Source: a virus. From it: a stretch of 64,000 nt of DNA. Below the pieces are notes generated by a model. That model was given only the letters and a program-made list of their open reading frames with translations, ran no database searches and was not told the DNA's origin. Position numbers and translations under genes: made by a program. Of the stretch, positions 1 to 9,625 are shown one piece after another (the stretch's first letter is position 1; each line of letters opens with the position of its first letter). The stretch covers positions 32,001 to 96,000 of IMG/VR virus record IMGVR_UViG_3300020469_005214; one strand, given 5' to 3'.

Positions 1-1
1 T

Positions 2-3000
2 AATAAAGCCGTCATTCCAAAATAGTAAAGCCGTCCAAGGAACTAGTCTACTTTTGTTTCCCCAACCATCAAAAACTACTACCTCTAATTTATCTTCAGG
101 AAAAATTTCGCCATCATATCTCCAAACATATTCTGGACTAGAATTTCCAGTTGTTTCAGAAAGATAAGGCCATGTCATAGTATCAAATATAAAATTATTA
201 TAAGCAGTGCCAAATCCAAGTATTGAGGAGCCTCTATTAGAGGCATTGCTCAGAAAACCATTACCTTCGGTAGATATATTAAAAATAGGAGGAACAAATG
301 GTTTTGAAAAAACTCCTACAGACAAACTGTTAGAGTTTTCATCATATTCACTATTATTTGGTAATGGCTTGGCGTTCCAAGCCCTTAATACTCTCTTGTC
401 ATCAACTACTACCAGCTCTATACTTGAATATACAACAGGGCTACCAAATGCTTCAATTTCATCTATTCTATCTTGATAAGAAACAACAAATTCTCCACGC
501 CCATGCCAACTACTGGTAACCCTAAATACTTGATTATCATCAGTACTTAAATTTGTTATGTTATAATCAGCACCTGCTGCAGTCGTAATTTTACCGCCTA
601 CTACGTATACCGAATAAGGGGGCTGATGAGAATACCACATTATATTTCTGGCGGGTGATACAATAATTTCGTCGTTTCGTAGTATTGCAAAATCATCATC
701 TACAAAATTAGGTTCACCACCTCTTGTAGTTTTTGCTCTAATTTCTAACTGTTTAATATAAAGAGAGCTTGGAGGTCGATAATTTTGTTGTGAATATTCA
801 GCATCTTCAAGAAATAATTCAGGCAAATAATCATTTAAATCTTGATTATCGATGTCCAATATTGCTTTTATATCAAGATTAGCGAAACCCTTAGTAACTA
901 CCGTACTAATCAGATTACTGAAATTCGCTGAGTTAACATCACTCATATTTATCCATTGAGCGTTGCATTCGGATACTAAAGAATTTAAAAAGGATTCAAA
1001 ATGAGGTTGTAGTTCTATTGGATCACCAAATTGATCTTTAGTAGTAGTAAAAAAAATAGTTTGGATTTCTTTGGTTGATAAGATCGATAAAGCACTTCCT
1101 TTAATAGACGGACTAGAAGTATCCTGTTCGTCTGTAAACGCACATAAAACAACCTTCCTGTCGTTATAACCATCAAATCCACCAGCATTATCTATATCTA
1201 CAATTGCGTGAGCCAATTCTTCCTTGCCCCCACCAATATTTATGTAATCAGTGATATTATTTAACACGGCTTGGAACTCTTCATAAGAGCTTGGATTAAA
1301 CACCATATCCGTATCTGCATACTCATTTAAAATACCAGCGAAGTAACCTGGGCCGCTATAATAATCATATGAATAAATTGCTGCATTAATTATTCGAAAA
1401 TTAAAAAGTTCAGATGCAGCTATAGCAGCAGAGCAATTTCTTATATTGTCATTCATAGAGCCAGATCTATCAAATAAAAATATGATGTCCAAATCGTCAG
1501 AAATTACCTCTTCTGTGCCTGAATCATCTACAAGTCTTACTTTACTATCGCCCGTCAAATTATTTAAATTAAAGTTACTTAAGTCTGAAATTCCATGATG
1601 ATAATCATGTGCTGGATTTACGAATCCAGTTATAGCATCATCATCTTTGTAATAAATACCAGTATAAGTCATTTCCCCTTGAAAAGTACCACTTATAATC
1701 GCACGACCTGTTCCGTCTTGTAATGTCGTTGTTCTTTCAATATTTGCGTTTGGTGGCAACAAATCTTCAACTCTTTCTTCAGTAATTCCAGAGACTACCT
1801 GATCTCCAGAAATACTTCTACTAAAAAAAGGATCAATATTCATACTGAAAGTATCTATTAAATCTGGCATACCTGTAGGCAATATTATGGCACTTGAAAG
1901 TGAAGTTTCAACTGACACCTCTCCAGTATTTGATAATAAATATGTATGAAAAATATCTCCAGATAACATGCCTGTAGATCCATTAGTATTTGCAAAATAT
2001 ATAGGATCTCCACTTACAAAATTTACATCAAAAAAGTCAAATTCTCCAGTTATTCCAGTATTTAAAGTTGAATCAACATCAAGAAGTCCAGAAGCTAAAT
2101 AAACTTCTCCAGAAACTGATGGAGTTCCAGTTACAGTAACTGATGAAGCAAAAGAAACTACATATCCACTTAAATTAACTGGGGCAAAAACACAAAAATC
2201 ATTAAAATTAACAGACGCTTCTCTCTGTCCGCCATCAACATACGGTTCTCCGCTGTAAGGAACATATTGAATGTCTCCAGTTACTAATTGATCGCCGATA
2301 TTTGATCCAGAAACCTTAATTACATAATTACCAGAAGGTCTGAAATAATTATCAAAAAAGTATTGTTCAAATATATTTTTAAATGAAATATTACCGCTTA
2401 TTGATAAATCTAAAGTTCCTCTAAATTTATCTTCATAATAAATCCCATAAGTTTTTGCTCTCAATGTCACTGGTTTGAAAAAGGGGATAGTATTTATTAG
2501 AAGACCTCCAGTTATTTCTCCCGTTCTTTCTCCTGAAATGAGTCCTGACCCAATATAAGTGTATAAACTTGTATCAACCTGAAAAGTATCCGCTGGGGCT
2601 AACCATCTTTGTTGAGCACCATCAATCATGTTAATATTTTGAAGGTTAAAGAATTCAGGTATTCTTTTGATTTGATCTACATAAGCATTATCTGAAGGTG
2701 AATAACCAGCAGAAAATGTCGTAATACCTGATAAAGGATTTGAGGCTGCAGTGTTTGTAGATGTATTGTAATAATCGTATACAGGAATTTGCAAAGCCTG
2801 AATTTGATCTATTATATCTTGCTCAAAAACACCTGCGCCGTCTTCACCAAAATCAAAGGTGCTAGTGTCACTGTCTCTTAATAAAAATACTTTCCTATCT
2901 CTACTGCTTTGCCTATTGAGAGCTTGCTGTAACCATTTGAATTTTTTTGTGCCGTTGCTCCCACCCACATTAAGTCCTGTTGCCAAAAAGCCAGTCAAAT

Positions 3001-3628
3001 ATGCTCTTCCAGTTTCGGTTTCAGCATCTACAAAAGGATTGTTTCGAAATGCCAGAACTAAAGGAATTATGTTAACTGAACCTCTTAAACCACTAAAAAA
3101 AGTGTTTGCGAAATTAGAAAAACCACCACCGAACGCACTCGTTCCTCTGGTAACCAATACCGTACTTTGACCAGAAAATGTATTTGTAGGAGACTCTCCA
3201 GTTTCTGCATCATATCCTCCAGTTAAGGTTCCTTCTGAAAATCCAGAATATCGGAGACCTCCGACTAAAATAGTAGCCATACTATTGTCAATATCTCCAG
3301 AAAATTCAAGACCAGTCCAAGTATAATAATCATGATTTCTTAAACTTCTATCGAAATCAGTGCGCCAAACGCTATTAATACCAATTTCTTCTTTTCTAAA
3401 TTCTAAACTTTCAGAAGGTGGATCTTCTGGATAAAATTTATTAACAGGATCAATATAATAGCTACCAACGTTAGTTTCTAAATCGTACAAAAGATTACTA
3501 GAAACCCTATTGCCAATATTGAAAAAATCTGGAAGATCAAAGTTTGATAAAGGCAGATTGGTTTCTACATCCAAAATATCTCCAGTAGATAGGTCATATC
3601 TTCCAGTTGATGTATAATAATCTGACAT
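2..3628 (-). CDS. Large virion structural protein with von Willebrand factor A (vWA) domain; 3'-partial (>1200 aa), absent from the ORF track
   Basis: ATG at 3628 directly after the TAA of 3629..3841; manual translation (MSDYYTSTGRYDL...) is open to the window edge; MIDAS DLDIIFLFDRSGSM at ~1454-1495 and VVLCAFTDE further on; SG/TG-rich N-terminal half. Confidence 0.85.
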   Translation of the reverse strand, partial: MSDYYTSTGRYDLSTGDILDVETNLPLSNFDLPDFFNIGNRVSSNLLYDLETNVGSYYIDPVNKFYPEDPPSESLEFRKEEIGINSVWRTDFDRSLRNHDYYTWTGLEFSGDIDNSMATILVGGLRYSGFSEGTLTGGYDAETGESPTNTFSGQSTVLVTRGTSAFGGGFSNFANTFFSGLRGSVNIIPLVLAFRNNPFVDAETETGRAYLTGFLATGLNVGGSNGTKKFKWLQQALNRQSSRDRKVFLLRDSDTSTFDFGEDGAGVFEQDIIDQIQALQIPVYDYYNTSTNTAASNPLSGITTFSAGYSPSDNAYVDQIKRIPEFFNLQNINMIDGAQQRWLAPADTFQVDTSLYTYIGSGLISGERTGEITGGLLINTIPFFKPVTLRAKTYGIYYEDKFRGTLDLSISGNISFKNIFEQYFFDNYFRPSGNYVIKVSGSNIGDQLVTGDIQYVPYSGEPYVDGGQREASVNFNDFCVFAPVNLSGYVVSFASSVTVTGTPSVSGEVYLASGLLDVDSTLNTGITGEFDFFDVNFVSGDPIYFANTNGSTGMLSGDIFHTYLLSNTGEVSVETSLSSAIILPTGMPDLIDTFSMNIDPFFSRSISGDQVVSGITEERVEDLLPPNANIERTTTLQDGTGRAIISGTFQGEMTYTGIYYKDDDAITGFVNPAHDYHHGISDLSNFNLNNLTGDSKVRLVDDSGTEEVISDDLDIIFLFDRSGSMNDNIRNCSAAIAASELFNFRIINAAIYSYDYYSGPGYFAGILNEYADTDMVFNPSSYEEFQAVLNNITDYINIGGGKEELAHAIVDIDNAGGFDGYNDRKVVLCAFTDEQDTSSPSIKGSALSILSTKEIQTIFFTTTKDQFGDPIELQPHFESFLNSLVSECNAQWINMSDVNSANFSNLISTVVTKGFANLDIKAILDIDNQDLNDYLPELFLEDAEYSQQNYRPPSSLYIKQLEIRAKTTRGGEPNFVDDDFAILRNDEIIVSPARNIMWYSHQPPYSVYVVGGKITTAAGADYNITNLSTDDNQVFRVTSSWHGRGEFVVSYQDRIDEIEAFGSPVVYSSIELVVVDDKRVLRAWNAKPLPNNSEYDENSNSLSVGVFSKPFVPPIFNISTEGNGFLSNASNRGSSILGFGTAYNNFIFDTMTWPYLSETTGNSSPEYVWRYDGEIFPEDKLEVVVFDGWGNKSRLVPWTALLFWNDGFI

Positions 3629-3841
3629 TTAAATATGTTGTAATATATTGTTTTTATATCGCTTCTGAATTGCATGTTTTCTGCAACTAGAGCAACCACC
3701 CTGAATACCTAATTCTTTAATGTATTGTTTATGAAGATCTTTGAACTTTTCTGGTAATTCTCCTTCTTTAAGTCCAAAAAAAATATTTACAATTTCATTA
3801 ACATCTGTTTGCACCCCTTTATCCCTAATAATCCTTCTCAT
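3629..3841 (-). CDS. Small hypothetical protein with CxxC (GGCSSC)
   Basis: ORF track; CTGTAATA-N7-ATG motif upstream; abuts the downstream gene. Confidence 0.75.
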   Translation of the reverse strand: MRRIIRDKGVQTDVNEIVNIFFGLKEGELPEKFKDLHKQYIKELGIQGGCSSCRKHAIQKRYKNNILQHI

Positions 3842-3848
3842 AAGGGAA

Positions 3849-3906
3849 TATTACAGTTTTTTTAACGAAAAGAGAAATTTCTTAACCATAGATAAAATGT
3901 GTAATA
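3849..3906. promoter_or_regulatory. Back-to-back divergent TGTAATA-type (putative late) promoters
   Basis: CTGTAATA on minus (3856-3849), 7 nt before ATG 3841; GTGTAATA on plus (3899-3906), 7 nt before ATG 3914. Confidence 0.65.
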
Positions 3907-3913
3907 ATGTCGT

Positions 3914-6244
3914 ATGGCAAAGGATTTTTTGGAGTTTTATAGGAGCAAAGGTAATAATTTGTCGGATATCGATATATATTATGATTTTGACACTGGAAAT
4001 CTTGAAGAAGTACCTGTTGGTGGCTTCTTTATGGCAGGTAATACTGAAAGACCCATAGTTTACAATAAAAATTCAGAAATAACACAATATAATTCCAACG
4101 CTATTGGCGAAAATTTTTCTGGATTTTACGACGAAGAAGGTAGCGGTAATCTTAATAAATCTTCTCCTGGAGAAGCAAGTTATTTAAAAGTTTTTGATGG
4201 AAGTAATTTATCTGGCGCTTCAAACTGGACTTTTCTAATTACTACAAATAAGTCTGGAACTAATAATGGTCTTATTTTTAGCAGTTTATCAGGCGACAAA
4301 GGTTTTAATATAGGCTTTAATGATACTCATAACTTTTATCTTGAGTCGCCTTCTGGAGTATTTGTTTCAGAATTGAATTATGCTAGCTATAATGGACTAT
4401 TTTTAAGTAAAAATGCATCAAACTTTAATATAGGTAGATATAATTTTGATAAAAAGAAATTTGATTTCGAAAGTTTTAGGATGGATGGAGTTTCTCATGG
4501 TGAAAATTGGTTTATTGGCGGAACACCAAATGAACAAATATTAGAATCAAGTTTTAGCGGTATAATAGATAATTTTGTTTATTTTAATAAAAAAATAAAT
4601 AATACTAAATTAAATAGCGTATTTTCTGGAGTTCTTACTGTGGATCAAAGTTCTTTGGGCTTTATTGATTTAACTGGAAAACGTGTTACCACAACTGGAT
4701 TTGTTGAATCTGGAATTAGAAATATTTTTGAAGAATCTGCCGATATTTCTGGAAGATTTTCCGTTTTGAAAGAAACCATACCTTTTAATAGTAATATAAT
4801 AAAAACTGGACACATTAATGATCTTTGTGGAAATAGAGAGCCACTTTATGGAAGCGGAAACAAAATTGGCGTAAAAAAAGGAAACTTTTTCATTGAATAT
4901 AGCGGTAATTTTACCGAGTCAACATCTTCTGTAACAAATAATAACACAAGCGGCTCTATCTTTGTAACTAGACAATTACTTACTGGTTTTGAAAGCCAAG
5001 TAACTTTAAGCACTGGAGACTTTGTAAATCTAATATTTCAATACAACTGTCTAAACGAGTGCGGAAATGTTGAACCCATATTTTCATTTGAAAGTGGGAC
5101 TGGAATTGTAAGTGGTTTTAACTTTATACCTTTAAGCGGTCTTGTGAGTGGTATTGATTCTACCACGATTGAAACTGGAACTTTAAAAGAAGTGTCCGTG
5201 CATGATATTATTGATCAATCTTGTGGATTTCATATTGATAGTGGTTATGTTGATCAATACGGATTTGACTCGATTTTTATTAATAAATATATGCGTCCTA
5301 ATGCTTTAAATCAGTCTTTAGTTTCTTCTGGAGATCTAAATTTAAATAATCTAGTAGAATATAATAATACTAAAAGGTTTTTTAACATTCCACAAAAAGA
5401 TTTAGACAATAACTTTTTTGCATTCTATAGCGGACATCTACAGGTATCAGGAGAAAATTATGATATAAGGGATAATAATAAAATTACTGGACATGGATTA
5501 AATTCTTCTGGCGCTTTTACTTACGGAAATTTATCTGTATTAAAAATTAGAAACGTTAGCGATACATACACTTTATCAGGAGAAACTTCATTGTTATTTA
5601 CTGGAGAAAAAAATACTTTACACACAATCTTAACTGGTTCTGGATCGAATCATACTCTATCAGAAATTGCCGATGACGGTGTTACTAGTTTTGTTTTTGG
5701 CGGGCTAACATATAATACTGTAGGCAGTATTGTAAATAATAAGATTGTATGGGATACTGAAGATAATAGTGTTATATATGTTATTTCTTGGGATAATTCA
5801 AAATGGATTCAAACTATATCCGCTGTTCCAGGTCTAGAAAATACTGTACACACTGATGATACAAAATATCCTTGGAGAAATGCAGGTGGAGGATTACAAA
5901 GCAATTTTAGTAATCTTGTAGGGTTGTCAGCCGAAGAATTCAAGGCTATGGAATTTAATGATAATTTTCAAATTAATAGCGGAGATAATCATTATTTAAG
6001 TTTTAATAAATTTTTTGAAAAAAGCTCAATGGTATTCTCAAATGGGGAAAAAATGTTACATGGTTCTGAGTATTTAGAGACAGCAAATAACAAAAGGTTA
6101 AGATCTGGGATATTCGAAGTAAAAGGAGATTCTTTTGGGGCTATAAACGAATTTTTTGATAAAAACATTTTGGGCAACAATATCTTGTTACAAGATGGTA
6201 ACAATGTCTTAACTCAAAGCACTGATAACTTATCCTTAGAATAG
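3914..6244 (+). CDS. Virion structural protein, ConA/LamG-like N-terminal domain, SG/TG-rich
   Basis: WTFLI...WFIGG...FSGIIDNFVYFNKKI is a LamG-like signature; C-terminal ILLQDGNNVL motif typical of phage structural proteins. Confidence 0.65.
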   Translation: MAKDFLEFYRSKGNNLSDIDIYYDFDTGNLEEVPVGGFFMAGNTERPIVYNKNSEITQYNSNAIGENFSGFYDEEGSGNLNKSSPGEASYLKVFDGSNLSGASNWTFLITTNKSGTNNGLIFSSLSGDKGFNIGFNDTHNFYLESPSGVFVSELNYASYNGLFLSKNASNFNIGRYNFDKKKFDFESFRMDGVSHGENWFIGGTPNEQILESSFSGIIDNFVYFNKKINNTKLNSVFSGVLTVDQSSLGFIDLTGKRVTTTGFVESGIRNIFEESADISGRFSVLKETIPFNSNIIKTGHINDLCGNREPLYGSGNKIGVKKGNFFIEYSGNFTESTSSVTNNNTSGSIFVTRQLLTGFESQVTLSTGDFVNLIFQYNCLNECGNVEPIFSFESGTGIVSGFNFIPLSGLVSGIDSTTIETGTLKEVSVHDIIDQSCGFHIDSGYVDQYGFDSIFINKYMRPNALNQSLVSSGDLNLNNLVEYNNTKRFFNIPQKDLDNNFFAFYSGHLQVSGENYDIRDNNKITGHGLNSSGAFTYGNLSVLKIRNVSDTYTLSGETSLLFTGEKNTLHTILTGSGSNHTLSEIADDGVTSFVFGGLTYNTVGSIVNNKIVWDTEDNSVIYVISWDNSKWIQTISAVPGLENTVHTDDTKYPWRNAGGGLQSNFSNLVGLSAEEFKAMEFNDNFQINSGDNHYLSFNKFFEKSSMVFSNGEKMLHGSEYLETANNKRLRSGIFEVKGDSFGAINEFFDKNILGNNILLQDGNNVLTQSTDNLSLE

Positions 6245-6267
6245 CTTTGATTGAAAAAATAATAGTG

Positions 6268-6287
6268 TATAATATAATATAATATAA
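6268..6287 (+). repeat. (TATAA)4 pentanucleotide repeat directly upstream of ATG 6290
   Basis: gtg-tataatataatataatataa-ta-atg. Confidence 0.85.
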
Positions 6288-6289
6288 TA

Positions 6290-9200
6290 ATGAAAGAAAT
6301 AAAAGCAGAATCAATACAAATTGATGGAGCAAGTGAGATATTTGGAGGTAAAATATATAACGCTTCATTTACAAATAATTTTTCAGATTCACCATCTGCC
6401 TTCACTATAAACGTTGTCAATGAAACAGGTGAATATGATATTCCAGATTTAGATGCCAGATCTATTAAAGAACTTTACGAAATAACTATAGGAGAAACGT
6501 TGTTTGGGCAATATAGCTTGGTTAAGACGCGTACAAGTGTAAACAAATCGGGTAAAGTATTGGAATTAACTTTCTTTGACATTACTATGAATTTTGACAA
6601 AATTTTTATTGGATTACACAAAAAACATGGAATTATACCAAGATCTGAACCAAAGGGGGGTGAAAGACTAAAAAGCTATAGTAAAGAAGATACAATGCTT
6701 TCATTAAATGGTATAGGCGCTGAAGGAGGTGGTGAAGAAGGAGACCTAAGACCAATGTATCATATTCAGCTTAATGAACAGGAGGAAATTACACCTTTAA
6801 TTATATTGGGCAGAGAATTTCATCCTTGTGATACAAATCGAGATGGATATCTAAATCTTGACGAAGATATATTTAAAGTAGACGGATGTGACCCATGTCC
6901 AACTTGCCCAGAAGATAAATATGATGGAAGTTTAGATCGTCAAAGATGTTTAGATTTAGAGTGTAGTGAAATTTTTGAAGTTAGATATAACTTTAAGGCA
7001 TTAATTGATGCAATTACCGAGTTTTTTGAAAAATCAAAGATAAATATAGTATTAGATCCAGAAGGTATACCAGAAATAAATGAACTATATTTTGCAGATT
7101 ACGAAGGAACTTTAAGGGAAGTTTTAAAAAGATGGGGGGCAGACTTTTCTTTTAACTTTTATGTAGAGAATCTTGGTGACGAGCCTACTCTTAAATTTGC
7201 GGACACCAGTGTTGAAACAGATATTATTGGTAAAAAAGAGTTGGAACAAGAAGATATTATAAGTTTTGAAGAAACACAAAGTGTCGAAAATACTCAAAAT
7301 ATTGGAACTATATCTCTTTATAAACAGGGCGGAGAAAGAAAAATTTACGATTGTTCTACAAGTGTTAAGTTAGATTTAAAGCCCATGCACTTAACAGACT
7401 TATATAATGATACGGATGATGCTCTTCTCGGTAGACAAGTTAAAGGTAACGACTTTGTATCTTTTGAAGATTTGGAAGTTTCGGTCGCTCTTACTAAATA
7501 TAGTACGGCTATACGAGAGCAATTTTGGTATGGATACATTTATGGAGCAGACGGGGGTAGACCTGGGATTACGTGCCTACAATACGTAGGACCACCCGAT
7601 ACAACAAGCTCATCTAGTGGAGAAGAAGCGCCTGAATTTTCATTGCCAGTAGAGCGCCAGGGTGGACTGGGCGAAAGATCTAAAGGTATAACCGAATCAG
7701 AAGGAATAGACGAATTAAATGAAGAAGATCTATGCGAAATAGCAAGAAATAGAGGAATACTTCAGCTTGGTGAAATGAAACTATTGGCGTTCTTTTTTCC
7801 TACTGGTATTGACGGTGAAGAACCAGAGATATATCATAACAGGGGCACCGAGTTTAATGGTGGAATGGAAGGCGTGATACCAGACTTAAATAATAAAGCG
7901 TGTAATTTGATTAAAGATGCGTGGAATCCTAGCGCAGAAGAATTAGATTTTTTTAGTCAAGTTCCGCTTTTTGGGGGTATTGATCTTAAATTTGATCCAG
8001 AAGATCCAGATAAATCACGCGATACATTTACTGTTGAATCGTTTAGTAGGGGATACTTCGTATTAGCTTCTAGAAAAGAGGAAATGTTGGAAAAGATTAT
8101 AGACAATGAAAAAAGATTAGGTAATGAGTTTATAGGAAAATATTTTGCAACAGAAATACACCCTCAAGATAATATAAATGTTTGTGGATATGACAAATAC
8201 GGACGAAAAGATTATAGCAGAAAAAATATTACTATAAAAGGAGGAGGAGAATTTTATAATTACAATGACGGAGACACTTCAAAATTTTTAGAAAGTCCCC
8301 TATTTTCTTTTGGTCACAGCAAGGGATCAAAAATCGGACAATTGCAAGACAGACTTAAAGGCAAAGAAAAGATTACAATATTACAAGATGGGCAAGACCC
8401 TTTTGATGAGGGAATAATAATACAGAAAACTGGAAACACATTTTTTCCAGAAGAGGGTGCTACAAATGATATAAAGAAATTTATAAGCATTTATGAAAGA
8501 AAAAGAATGCAGATAATACCTTTAGACCCAGTAACTCTTAGTACCTTTATAGCAAAATTTGCTCCAGAACATGTTAATGATGCAAATGTTAAAATGTTTG
8601 CTTTTTATCCAGATGATTTTAGTGATGGATTTGATATTGAAAGAGACATAATTCATCCATCAATAAAAGTAAATGCTACAGACAGTAGAGGTAGAGATGT
8701 ATCCTCTGGTTGTTACGGAGACTGCGAAAATGACAAAGAATGTTTTGAAGGAGAAAAAAATCCAGAAAGACTTGCAAAGCTAGAGGCAAAGATGAGCGAT
8801 TTGGTGCCCAATTCTACTCATTTTAGAGCTGTTCGAAGGGAAATACAGGGGGATAATTGTGTGAACGGCATATGTCAAGACAAAAATGCTTGTACCAGCA
8901 ACGAAAGCTGCGAATCTTTTGAAAGCTTTGATGGAGAAACCTTTTCTGAATATGAATGTGTAAATGGTGAATGTATTGAAAAATTAGGTTTACAGTCATC
9001 AATTACTACAAGACTAGATATAAATGGATTCAAAATTTTTGCCCCACCGCACGGATTTGCAGTGCCATCAGGTAGAAGAATTTTTATTCCTAGTATAGAA
9101 ACTTTTGAGCCTAGAAGTTATAGGTCTATTTTAGAATATCAAAAAAGAGTCGAAGTTTTTATTCCTAAAGTAGAACACATGATTCAAGATAATATAGAAA

Positions 9201-9625
9201 AGTTTGACAGTAGTTTTGCTAAATTTAACGTGAATTTATATCAAATTCCTATCGACGACTTGAATTTATTTTATAGAGAAGGCTTGGCTACTCAAACATG
9301 TAGACCTAGTGACGAATTACTAGAAAAATTACATGAAGACTTTAACCAGAACTTATCATACAACCTTACAGATCCGCGTAAAAATATAAGAGTATCTATT
9401 GTTGGAATTTCTGAAAAATTATCTGATCCAGAAATAATCACTAAGGGTTTAGAATCTTTTAATATCAATTTGTCATCAGATGGAGTCACTTCAAGTTATG
9501 TTTTTGGTAATAAAATTATGCAACCAATTCCTATAGATGTAACAAGAAGACTAATAGATATATTACAAAGAAGAACTAATAGTCATTTAAATTATACTCA
9601 ATCTGTAAAAGGGCTAATAAATTAA
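6290..9625 (+). CDS. Large acidic virion protein (tail/baseplate hub-like) with Cys-rich modules
   Basis: 1111 aa within the structural cluster; DTNRDGYL Ca-binding-like loop; CDPCPTC; CVNGIC/CVNGEC modules. Confidence 0.55.
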   Translation: MKEIKAESIQIDGASEIFGGKIYNASFTNNFSDSPSAFTINVVNETGEYDIPDLDARSIKELYEITIGETLFGQYSLVKTRTSVNKSGKVLELTFFDITMNFDKIFIGLHKKHGIIPRSEPKGGERLKSYSKEDTMLSLNGIGAEGGGEEGDLRPMYHIQLNEQEEITPLIILGREFHPCDTNRDGYLNLDEDIFKVDGCDPCPTCPEDKYDGSLDRQRCLDLECSEIFEVRYNFKALIDAITEFFEKSKINIVLDPEGIPEINELYFADYEGTLREVLKRWGADFSFNFYVENLGDEPTLKFADTSVETDIIGKKELEQEDIISFEETQSVENTQNIGTISLYKQGGERKIYDCSTSVKLDLKPMHLTDLYNDTDDALLGRQVKGNDFVSFEDLEVSVALTKYSTAIREQFWYGYIYGADGGRPGITCLQYVGPPDTTSSSSGEEAPEFSLPVERQGGLGERSKGITESEGIDELNEEDLCEIARNRGILQLGEMKLLAFFFPTGIDGEEPEIYHNRGTEFNGGMEGVIPDLNNKACNLIKDAWNPSAEELDFFSQVPLFGGIDLKFDPEDPDKSRDTFTVESFSRGYFVLASRKEEMLEKIIDNEKRLGNEFIGKYFATEIHPQDNINVCGYDKYGRKDYSRKNITIKGGGEFYNYNDGDTSKFLESPLFSFGHSKGSKIGQLQDRLKGKEKITILQDGQDPFDEGIIIQKTGNTFFPEEGATNDIKKFISIYERKRMQIIPLDPVTLSTFIAKFAPEHVNDANVKMFAFYPDDFSDGFDIERDIIHPSIKVNATDSRGRDVSSGCYGDCENDKECFEGEKNPERLAKLEAKMSDLVPNSTHFRAVRREIQGDNCVNGICQDKNACTSNESCESFESFDGETFSEYECVNGECIEKLGLQSSITTRLDINGFKIFAPPHGFAVPSGRRIFIPSIETFEPRSYRSILEYQKRVEVFIPKVEHMIQDNIEKFDSSFAKFNVNLYQIPIDDLNLFYREGLATQTCRPSDELLEKLHEDFNQNLSYNLTDPRKNIRVSIVGISEKLSDPEIITKGLESFNINLSSDGVTSSYVFGNKIMQPIPIDVTRRLIDILQRRTNSHLNYTQSVKGLIN

